From Bugula neritina (Eukaryota > Animalia > Bryozoa): DNA of 64,000 bases. Below, piece by piece: positions 1 through 10,500 of this stretch; positions within the stretch are counted from its first letter, which is position 1, and every line of letters starts with the position of its first letter. The translations under genes and the position numbers were made by a program. The stretch covers positions 434,001-498,000 of the forward strand of contig CAXIUT010000073.1 in the NCBI GenBank assembly GCA_964035545.1, given 5' to 3'. Below the pieces are notes generated by a model, which worked only from the letters and a program-made list of their open reading frames with translations, was not told the DNA's origin and searched no databases.

Positions 1-733
1 TGAAGCTTTATAGTTTACAGGCAGTCGAGATGAGTCACTGCTGAAACCCATTTTATTAGTAGACTATATTGCTCTTCAATCATCAGTTTTCATATTAAAA
101 CAGAAAGCTCATCTGCAGCGCCATTTCACAGTGTTATATTTTGCTAGAGCAATAACTAATTTTAGATGCCTTTGCAAACATATGAGAAATAAATGAGTCA
201 TTCTATGAAAAGAGGTGTTTGCAGCACTTGTCCACTTTTGATTTACACGCGGCATCGAAACTTTTGTAGTTTTAAATAATGTCTCCAAATTCATCACTTG
301 CATGTGTTTAGATACTTGATGAAAATGTTTATGCAAAATTTGATGCCTGCTTCAAAGACACCAGTGCTTAATTACTGTGTTAACTGTATTGGCACGTTGC
401 CATGAGATATTTGGTAATATTTCGCATCACAACAAACTCTTCAGAAAGTTAAGAAAATCAGTCTAGAAAGTTAATGAAATAAACCTACCAGAGAGAGTAA
501 GCCAGATGTAACAAGTAGATCCAAAACAAGTTGATTAACAATTGAAGTTGAAGTCTCGATGTAGTCAACACTTTAGTCCTAACGTCAAATGCTAACGTCT
601 GCAACCAAACTGTGAAGACTTCATGAGCTGGTTAGCTGACAGGACACATTAAAGTTCTTAACTCTTGTGTGTATAGTGATGCCCATCTTGAACTAGAGAG
701 GGCTGACTGAAGACTGCTACTTTGTGAAAATTG

Positions 734-804
734 ACAATGCATATTATTATTATTCATTGTTGAGATTCACGACTGCCATAAACAATGATAAAATATTCAT
801 TGTT
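734..804. repeat. Internal double inverted repeat ACAATG..CATTGTT..AACAATG..CATTGTT in the AT-rich part of each monomer
   Basis: ACAATG 734-739, CATTGTT 755-761, AACAATG 781-787 and CATTGTT 798-804. AACAATGA/TCATTGTT forms an 8-bp stem. The block is followed by an A/T-only stretch at ~820-840. Confidence 0.75.
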
Positions 805-1234
805 GGTACTACTGAGTAGAATAAAATATAATATAATATTGTTTTCTGGACAGAAAAGTAATATCAAATGCATATTATAACTTACCATAAATCTACAGTG
901 CTTCACATCTTCACCTTTTCCTGCAATTTTATTTCTTTGCAGTTGGAAGTAGTAGCTGAATATATGACGATGAAACATAACCCTTCAATTTCATTGCACC
1001 AGCACCAGTTGCAAGATAGGTGTGTTGGGAGTTATCTTTCCTAAAAATTTGTTTTTGGTGTTTATACGAAGCAGACACAGGCTAATATTAGTTTTGTTAT
1101 TTGCAAGAGTTTTTCTGTCTGATTGTCCATCAGCAAAAGTTTGCGCCTTGCAGTTATTATGAAAATACCAGTGATGCTGGAAGACCTTTGCATTGTACAC
1201 CCGCCTTTACTATTGAATTTAGATGTTTTATTTT

Positions 1235-1263
1235 CCCATCCCCTCTCCTGCCCCCCTGTCCCC
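1235..1263 (-). other. Canonical G-quadruplex-forming motif (C-rich, i-motif-like on + strand); one per monomer
   Basis: Minus strand reads GGGG-ACA-GGGGGG-CAGGAGA-GGGG-AT-GGG, which fits the four-run G3+ N1-7 rule. The motif is seen directly; folding is not demonstrated. Confidence 0.7.
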
Positions 1264-1281
1264 TCTAACAACCAGCAATCT

Positions 1282-1542
1282 TGACTCATGTGAATTGTGT
1301 TATTGTTCTAGAGTTGGCCCATGGGCCTACAGTATACGATTTGAAACTTTATAGTTTACAGGCAGTCGAGATGAGTCAGTGCTGAAACCCATTTTATTAG
1401 TAGACTATATTGCTCTTCAATAATCAGTTTTCATAATAAAAGAGAAAGCTCATCTGCAGCGCCATTTTACAGTGTTATATTTTGCCAGAGCAATAACTAA
1501 TTTTAGATGCCTTTGCAAACATATGAGAAATAAATGAGTCAT
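1282..1542. promoter_or_regulatory. Cluster of three AP-1/GCN4-type bZIP consensus sites (TGASTCA) per monomer; function unproven
   Basis: TGACTCAT at 1282-1289, ATGAGTCA at 1371-1378 and ATGAGTCAT at 1534-1542 (equivalent to 30-37 and 193-201 in U1). These are motif matches only. Confidence 0.35.
1316..1327. repeat. Perfect 12-bp GC-rich palindrome GGCCCATGGGCC; one per monomer
   Basis: Read directly. It is intact in the copies inspected except U7 (GGCTCATGGGCC at ~9362). Confidence 0.9.
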
Positions 1543-4500
1543 TCTATGAAAAGAGGTGTTTGCAGCACTTGTCCACTTTTGATTTACACGCGGCATGGAA
1601 ACTTTTGTAGTTTTAAATAATGTCTCCAAATTCATCACTTGCATGTGTTTAGATACTTGATGAAAATTTTCATGCAAAACTTGATGCCTGCTTCAAAGAC
1701 ACCAGTGCTTAATTACTGTGTTAACTGTATTGGCACGTTGCTAACAGATATTTGGTAATATTTCGCATCACAACAAACTTTTCAGAAAGTTAAGAAAATC
1801 AGTCTAGAAAGTTAATGAAATAAACCTACCAGAGAGAGTAAGCCAGATGTAACAAGTAGATCCAAAACAAGTTGATAAACAATTGAAGTTGAAGTCTCCA
1901 TGTAGTCAACACGTTAGTCCTAATGTCAAATGCAAACGTCTGCAACCAAACTGTGTAGACTTCATGAGCTGGTTAGCTGACAGGAGATATTAAAGTTCTT
2001 AACTCTTGTGTGTATAGTGATGCCCATCTTGAACTAGAGATGGCTGACTGAAGACTGCTACTTTGTGAAAATTGACAATGCATATTATTATTATTCATTG
2101 TTGAGATTCACGACTGCCATAAACAATGATAAAATATTCATTGTTGGTACTACTGAGTAGAATAAAATATAATATAATATTATTTTCTGGACAGATAAAT
2201 AATATCAAATGCATATTATAACTTACCATAAATCTACAGTGCTTCACATCTTCAACTTTTTCTGCAATGTTATTTCTTTGCAGTTAGAAGTACTAGCTGA
2301 ATATATGACTATGAAACATAACCCTTCAATTTCATTGCACCAGCACCAGTTGCAAGATAGGTGTATTGAGAGTTATCTTTCCCAAAATTTTGTTCTTGGT
2401 GTTTATACGAAGCAGACACAGGCTAATATTAGTTTTGTTATTTGCAAGAGTTTTTCTGTCTGATTGTCCATCAGCAAAAGTTTGCGCCTTGCAGTTATTA
2501 TGGAAATACCAGTGATGCTGGAAGACCTTTGCATTGTACACCCGCCTTTACTATTGAATTTAGATATTTTATTTTCCCATCCCCTCTCCTGCCCCCCTGT
2601 CCCCTCTAACAACCAGCAATCCTGACTCATGTGAATTGTGTTATTGTTCTAGAGTTGGCCCATGGGCCTACAGTATACGATTTGAAGCTTTATAGTTTAC
2701 AGGCAGTAGAGATGAGTCACTGCTGAAACTCATTTTATTAGTAGACTATATTGCTCTTCAATAATCAGTTTTCATATTAAAAGAGAAAGCTCATCTGCAG
2801 CGCCATTTCACAGTGTTATGTTTTGCCAGAGCAATAACTAATTTTAGATGCCTTTGCAAACATATGAGAAATAAATGAGTCATTCTATGAAAAGAGGTGT
2901 TTGCAGCACTTGTCCACTTTTGATTTACACGCGGCATGGAAACTTTTGTAGTTTTAAATAATGTCTCCAAATTCATCACTTGCATGTGTTTAGATACTTG
3001 ATGAAAATTTTCATGCAAAACTTGATGCCTGCTTCAAAGACACCAGTGCTTAATTACTGTGTTAACTGTATTGGCACGTTGCCATGAGATATTTGGTAAT
3101 ATTTCGCATCACAACAAACTCTTCAGAAAGTTAAGAAAATCAGTCTAGAAAGTTAATGAAATAAACCTACCAGAGAGAGTAAGCCAGATGTAACAAGTAG
3201 ATCCAAAACAAGTTGATAAACAATTGAAGTTGAAGTCTCCATGTAGTCAACACGTTAGTCCTAATGTCAAATGCAAACGTCTGCAACCAAACTGTGTAGA
3301 CTTCATGAGCTGGTTAGCTGACAGGAGAGATTAAAGTTCTTAACTCTTGTGTGTATAGTGATGCCCATCTTGAACCAGAGATGGCTGACTGAAGACTGCT
3401 ACTTTGTGAAAATTGACAATGCATATTATTATTATTCATTGTTGAGATTCACGACTGCCATAAACAATGATAAAATATTCATTGTTGGTACTACTGAGTA
3501 GAATAAAATATAATATAATATTATTTTCTGGACAGATAAATAATATCAAACGCATATTATAACTTACCATAAATATACAGTGCTTCACATCTTCACCTTT
3601 TTCTGCAATGTTATTTCTTTGCAGTTAGAAGTACTAGCTGAATATATGACTATGAAACATAACCCTTCAATTTCATTGCACCAGCACCAGTTGCAAGATA
3701 GGTGTATTGAGAGATATCTTTCCCAAAATTTTGTTCTTGGTGTTTATACGAAGCAGACACAGGCTAATATTAGTTTTGTTATTTGCAAGAGTTTTTCTGT
3801 CTGATTGTCCATCAGCAAAAGTTTGCGCCTTGCAGTTATTATGGAAATACCAGTGATGCTGGAAGACCTTTGCATTGTACACCCGCCTTGACTATTGAAG
3901 TTAGATGTTTTATTTTCCCATCCCCTCTCCCGCCCCCCTGTCCCCTCTAACAACCGGCAATCCTGACTCATGTGAATTGTGTTATTGTTCTAGAGTTGGC
4001 CCATGGGCCTACAGTATACGATTTGAAGCTTTATAGTTTACAGGCAGTCGAGATGAGTCACTGCTGAAACCCATTTTATTAGTAGACTATATTGCTCTTC
4101 AATCATCAGTTTTCATATTAAAACAGAAAGCTCATCTGCAGCGCCATTTCACAGTGTTATATTTTGCCAGAGCAATAACTAATTTTAGATGCCTTTGCAA
4201 ACATATGAGAAATAAATGAGTCATTCTATGAAAAGAGGTGTTTGCAGCACTTGTCCACTTTTGATTTACACGCGGCATGGAAACTTTTGTAGTTTTAAAT
4301 AATGTCACCAAATTCATCACTTGCATGTGTTTAGATACTTGATGAAAATTTTCATGCAAAACTTGATGCCTGCTTCAAAGACACCAGTGCTTAATTACTG
4401 TGTTAACTGTATTGGCACGTTGCCATGAGATATTTGGTAATATTTCGCATCACAACAAACTCTTCAGAAAGTTAAGAAAATCAGTCTAGAAAGTTAATGA

Positions 4501-7500
4501 AATAAACCTACCAGAGAGAGTAAGCCAGATGTAACAAGTAGATCCAAAACAAGTTGATAAACAATTGAAGTTGAAGTCTCCATGTAGTCAACACGTTAGT
4601 CCTAATGTCAAATGCAAACGTCTGCAACCAAACTGTGTAGACTTCATGAGCTGGTTAGCTGACAGGAGAGATTAAAGTTCTTAACTCTTGTGTGTATAGT
4701 GATGCCCATCTTGAACTAGAGATGGCTGACTGAAGACTGCTACTTTGTGAAAATTGACAATGCATATTAATATTATTCATTGTTGAGATTCACGACTGCC
4801 ATAAACAATGATAAAATATTCATTGTTGGTACTACTGAGTAGAATAAAATATAATATAATATTATTTTCTGGACAGATAAATAATATCAAATGCATATTA
4901 TAACTTACCATAAATATACAGTGCTTCACATCTTCACCTTTTTCTGCAATGTTATTTCTTTGCAGTTAGAAGTACTAGCTGAATATGTGACTATGAAACA
5001 TAACCCTTCAATTTCATTGCACCAGCACCAGTTGCAAGATAGGTGTATTGAGAGTTATCTTTCCCAAAATTTTGTTCTTGGTGTTTATACGAAGCAGACA
5101 CAGGCTAATATTAGTTTTGTTATTTGCAAGAGTTTTTCTGTCTGATTGTCCATCAGCAAAAGTTTGCGCCTTGCAGTTATTATGGAAATACCAGTGATGC
5201 TGGAAGACCTTTGCATTGTACACCCGCCTTGACTATTGAAGTTAGATGTTTTATTTTCCCATCCCCTCTCCCGCCCCCCTGTCCCCTCTAACAACCGGCA
5301 ATCCTGACTCATGTGAATTGTGTTATTGTTCTAGAGTTGGCCCATGGGCCTACAGTATACGATTTGAAGCTTTATAGTTTACAGGCAGTCGAGATGAGTC
5401 ACTGCTGAAACCCATTTTATTAGTAGACTATATTGCTCTTCAATCATCAGTTTTCATATTAAAACAGAAAGCTCATCTGCAGCGCCATTTCACAGTGTTA
5501 TATTTTGCTAGAGCAATAACTAATTTTAGATGCCTTTGCAAACATATGAGAAATAAATGAGTCATTCTATGAAAAGAGGTGTTTGCAGCACTTGTCCACT
5601 TTTGATTTACACGCGGCATCGAAACTTTTGTAGTTTTAAATAATGTCTCCAAATTCATCACTTGCATGTGTTTAGATACTTGATGAAAATGTTTATGCAA
5701 AATTTGATGCCTGCTTCAAAGACACCAGTGCTTAATTACTGTGTTAACTGTATTGGCACGTTGCCATGAGATATTTGGTAATATTTCGCATCACAACAAA
5801 CTCTTCAGAAAGTTAAGAAAATCAGTCTAGAAAGTTAATGAAATAAACCTACCAGAGAGAGTAAGCCAGATGTAACAAGTAGATCCAAAACAAGTTGATT
5901 AACAATTGAAGTTGAAGTCTCGATGTAGTCAACACTTTAGTCCTAACGTCAAATGCTAACGTCTGCAACCAAACTGTGAAGACTTCATGAGCTGGTTAGC
6001 TGACAGGACACATTAAAGTTCTTAACTCTTGTGTGTATAGTGATGCCCATCTTGAACTAGAGATGGCTGACTGAAGACTGCTACTTTGTGAAAATTGACA
6101 ATGCATATTATTATTATTCATTGTTGAGATTCACGACTGCCATAAACAATGATAAAATATTCATTGTTGGTACTACTGAGTAGAATAAAATATAATATAA
6201 TATTATTTTCTGGAAAGATAAATATTATCAAATGCATATTATAACTTACCATAAATCTACAGTGCTTCACATCTTCACCTTTTCCTGCAATTTTATTTCT
6301 TTGCAGTTAGAAGTAGTAGCTGAATATATGACGATGAAACATAACCCTTCAATTTCATTGCACCAGCACCAGTTGCAAGATAGGTGTGTTGGGAGTTATC
6401 TTTCCTAAAAATTTGTTCTTGGTGTTTATACGAAGCAGACACAGGCTAATATTAGTTTTGTTATTTGCAAGAGTTTTTCTGTCTGATTGTCCATCAGCAA
6501 AAGTTTGCGCCTTGCAGTTATTATGAAAATACCAGTGATGCTGGAAGACCTTTGCATTGTACACCCGCCTTTACTATTGAATTTAGATGTTTTATTTTCC
6601 CATCCCCTCTCCTGCCCCCCTGTCCCCTCTAACAACCAGCAATCTTGACTCATGTGAATTTTGTTATTGTTCTAGAGTTGGCCCATGGGCCTACAGTATA
6701 CGATTTGAAACTTTATAGTTTACAGGCAGTCGAGATGAGTCAGTGCTGAAACCCATTTTATTAGTAGACTATATTGCTCTTCAATAATCAGTTTTCATAT
6801 TAAAAGAGAAAGCTCATCTGCAGCGCCATTTTACAGTGTTATATTTTGCCAGAGCAATAACTAATTTTAGATGCCTTTGCAAACATATGAGAAATAAATG
6901 AGTCATTCTATGAAAAGAGGTGTTTGCAGCACTTGTCCACTTTTGATTTACACGCGGCATGGAAACTTTTGTAGTTTTAAATAATGTCTCCAAATTCATC
7001 ACTTGCATGTGTTTAGATACTTGATGAAAATTTTTATGCAAAACTTGATGCCTGCTTCAAAGACACCAGTGCTTAATTACTGTGTTAACTGTATTGGCAC
7101 GTTGCCATGAGATATTTGGTAATATTTCGCATCACAACAAACTCTTCAGAAAGTTGAGAAAATCAGTCTAGAAAGTTAATGAAATAAACCTACCAGAGAG
7201 AGTAAGCCAGATGTAACAAGTAGATCCAAAACAAGTTGATAAACAATTGAAGTTGAAGTCTCCATGTAGTCAACACGTTAGTCCTAATGTCAAATGCAAA
7301 CGTCTGCAACCAAACTGTGTAGACTTCATAAGCTGGTTAGCTGACAGGGGAGATTGAAGTTCTTAACTCTTGTGTGTATAGTGATGCCCATCTTGAACCA
7401 GAGATGGCTGACTGAAGACTGCTACTTTGTGAAAATTGACAATGCATATTATTATTATTCATTGTTGAGATTCACGACTGCCATAAACAATGATAAAATA

Positions 7501-10500
7501 TTCATTGTTGGTACTACTGAGTAGAATAAAATATAATATAATATTATTTTCTGGACAGATAAATAATATCAAATGCATATTATAACTTACCATAAATATA
7601 CAGTGCTTCACATCTTCACCTTTTTCTGCAATGTTATTTCTTTGCAGTTAGAAGTACTAGCTGAATATATGACTATGAAACATAACCCTTCAATTTCATT
7701 GCACCAGCACCAGTTGCAAGATAGGTGTATTGAGAGTTATCTTTCCCAAAATTTTGTTCTTGGTGTTTATACGAAGCAGACACAGGCTAATATTAGTTTT
7801 GTTATTTGCAAGAGTTTTTCTGTCTGATTGTCCATCAGCAAAAGTTTGCGCCTTGCAGTTATTATGGAAATACCAGTGATGCTGGAAGACCTTTGCATTG
7901 TACACCCGCCTTGACTATTGAAGTTAGATGTTTTATTTTCCCATCCCCTCTCCCGCCCCCCTGTCCCCTCTAACAACCGGCAATCCTGACTCATGTGAAT
8001 TGTGTTATTGTTCTAGAGTTGGCCCATGGGCCTACAGTATACGATTTGAAGCTTTATAGTTTACAGGCAGTCGAGATGAGTCACTGCTGAAACCCATTTT
8101 ATTAGTAGACTATATTGCTCTTCAATCATCAGTTTTCATATTAAAACAGAAAGCTCATCTGCAGCGCCATTTCACAGTGTTATATTTTGCTAGAGCAATA
8201 ACTAATTTTAGATGCCTTTGCAAACATATGAGAAATAAATGAGTCATTCTATGAAAAGAGGTGTTTGCAGCACTTGTCCACTTTTGATTTACACGCGGCA
8301 TCGAAACTTTTGTAGTTTTAAATAATGTCTCCAAATTCATCACTTGCATGTGTTTAGATACTTGATGAAAATGTTTATGCAAAATTTGATGCCTGCTTCA
8401 AAGACACCAGTGCTTAATTACTGTGTTAACTGTATTGGCACGTTGCCATGAGATATTTGGTAATATTTCGCATCACAACAAACTCTTCAGAAAGTTAAGA
8501 AAATCAGTCTAGAAAGTTAATGAAATAAACCTACCAGAGAGAGTAAGCCAGATGTAACAAGTAGATCCAAAACAAGTTGATTAACAATTGAAGTTGAAGT
8601 CTCGATGTAGTCAACACTTTAGTCCTAACGTCAAATGCTAACGTCTGCAACCAAACTGTGAAGACTTCATGAGCTGGATAGCTGACAGGACACATTAAAG
8701 TTCTTAACTCTTGTGTGTATAGTGATGCCCATCTTGAACTAGAGAGGGCTGACTGAAGACTGCTACTTTGTGAAAATTGACAATGCATATTATTATTATT
8801 CATTGTTGAGATTCACGACTGCCATAAACAATGATAAAATATTCATTGTTGGTACTACTGAGTAGAATAAAATATAATATAATATTGTTTTCTGGACAGA
8901 AAAGTAATATCAAATGCATATTATAACTTACCATAAATCTACAGTGCTTCACATCTTCACCTTTTCCTGCAATTTTATTTCTTTGCAGTTGGAAGTAGTA
9001 GCTGAATATATGACGATGAAACATAACCCTTCAATTTCATTGCACCAGCACCAGTTGCAAGATAGGTGTGTTGGGAGTTATCTTTCCTAAAAATTTGTTT
9101 TTGGTGTTTATACGAAGCAGACACAGGCTAATATTAGTTTTGTTATTTGCAAGAGTTTTTCTGTCTGATTGTCCATCAGCAAAAGTTTGCGCCTTGCAGT
9201 TATTATGAAAATACCAGTGATGCTGGAAGACCTTTGCATTGTACACCCGCCTTTACTATTGAATTTAGATGTTTTATTTTCCCATCCCCTCTCCTGCCCC
9301 CCTGTCCCCTCTAACAACCAGCAATCTTGACTCATGTGAATTGTGTTATTGTTCTAGAGTTGGCTCATGGGCCTACAGTATACGATTTGAAACTTTATAG
9401 TTTACAGGCAGTCGAGATGAGTCAGTGCTGAAACCCATTTTATTAGTAGACTATATTGCTCTTCAATAATCAGTTTTCATATTAAAACAGAAAGCTCATC
9501 TGCAGCGCCATTTTACAGTGTTATATTTTGCCAGAGCAATAACTAATTTTAGATGCCTTTGCAAACATATGAGAAATAAATGAGTCATTCTATGAAAAGA
9601 GGTGTTTGCAGCACTTGTCCACTTTTGATTTACACGCGGCATGGAAACTTTTGTAGTTTTAAATAATGTCTCCAAATTCATCACTTGCATGTGTTTAGAT
9701 ACTTGATGAAAATTTTCATGCAAAACTTGATGCCTGCTTCAAAGACACCAGTGCTTAATTACTGTGTTAACTGTATTGGCACGTTGCTATGAGATATTTG
9801 GTAATATTTCGCATCACAACAAACTTTTCAGAAAGTTAAGAAAATCAGTCTAGAAAGTTAATGAAATAAACCTACCAGAGAGAGTAAGCCAGATGTAACA
9901 AGTAGATCCAAAACAAGTTGATAAACAATTGAAGTTGAAGTCTCCATGTAGTCAACACGTTAGTCCTAATGTCAAATGCAAACGTCTGCAACCAAACTGT
10001 GTAGACTTCATGAGCTGGTTAGCTGACAGGAGAGATTAAAGTTCTTAACTCTTGTGTGTATAGTGATGCCCATCTTGAACTAGAGATGGCTGACTGAAGA
10101 CTGCTACTTTGTGAAAATTGACAATGCATATTATTATTATTCATTGTTGAGATTCACGACTGCCATAAACAATGATAAAATATTCATTGTTGGTACTACT
10201 GAGTAGAATAAAATATAATATAATATTATTTTCTGGACAGATAAATAATATCAAATGCATATTATAACTTACCATAAATCTACAGTGCTTCACATCTTCA
10301 CCTTTTTCTGCAATGTTATTTCTTTGCAGTTAGAAGTACTAGCTGAATATATGACTATGAAACATAACCCTTCAATTTCATTGCACCAGCACCAGTTGCA
10401 AGATAGGTGTATTGAGAGTTATCTTTCCCAAAATTTTGTTCTTGGTGTTTATACGAAGCAGACACAGGCTAATATTAGTTTTGTTATTTGCAAGAGTTTT

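Larger units (their letters stand above)
1..1341. repeat. Representative monomer U1 (class A; phase arbitrary)
   Basis: Class A alleles include GGCATCGAAA, AATGTTTATG, GTTGATTAAC, GTCTCGATG, CAACACTTTAG, AGGACACATT, TTTCCTGCAATTTT and GTGTTGGGAG. They are shared (in part for chimeric or converted units) by U5, U7, U15, U19, U20, U22, U25, U29, U31, U33, U35, U37, U39, U41 and U48. Confidence 0.95.

Noticed and set aside
109-336. Recurrent 75-aa minus-strand ORF (MHKHF/MHENF...) and the overlapping 69-, 75- and 84-aa ORFs as a tandem gene family
   Set aside because: They have no recognisable domain and overlap each other on both strands. Variants are largely non-synonymous, and the ORFs are broken in some classes (the 75-aa ORF is absent in U9 and U13; the 84-aa ORF is absent in class A). 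Recurrence only reflects the DNA repeat.
315-710. C/D-box snoRNA from TGATGA (~318) and CTGA motifs
   Set aside because: The boxes are not at a suitable spacing, there is no terminal stem or recognisable rRNA antisense element, and such short motifs are expected by chance.
886-920. Minus-strand 35-nt micro-exon reading GKGEDVKHCRFM, superficially like an SH2 beta-strand motif
   Set aside because: It is too short to be significant, the upstream acceptor region is purine-rich, and no compatible neighbouring exons complete a domain or keep frame across monomers.
870-930. U1 snRNA (ACTTACC) or flatworm-type spliced-leader RNA (ATG|GTAAG) tandem gene
   Set aside because: The match is limited to 6-8 nt. 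The downstream U1 sequence and stems are absent, and I found no convincing leader hairpin or Sm-site arrangement. An Infernal/Rfam search would be the definitive test.
1316-1327. Histone mRNA 3' stem-loop or rho-independent terminator
   Set aside because: It lacks the TTTC/TTTT loop of the histone stem-loop, there is no histone ORF, and no U-tract follows the stem.
1-1341. Monomer as a multiple of a shorter nucleosome-sized subrepeat (9 x 149 bp)
   Set aside because: I saw no internal sequence periodicity at 149 or 447 bp; the factorisation is numerical coincidence unless a dotplot shows otherwise.
8531-8803. Unique 90-aa minus-strand ORF
   Set aside because: It is created by one private SNP (GGTTAG>GGATAG) removing a stop in U7 only.
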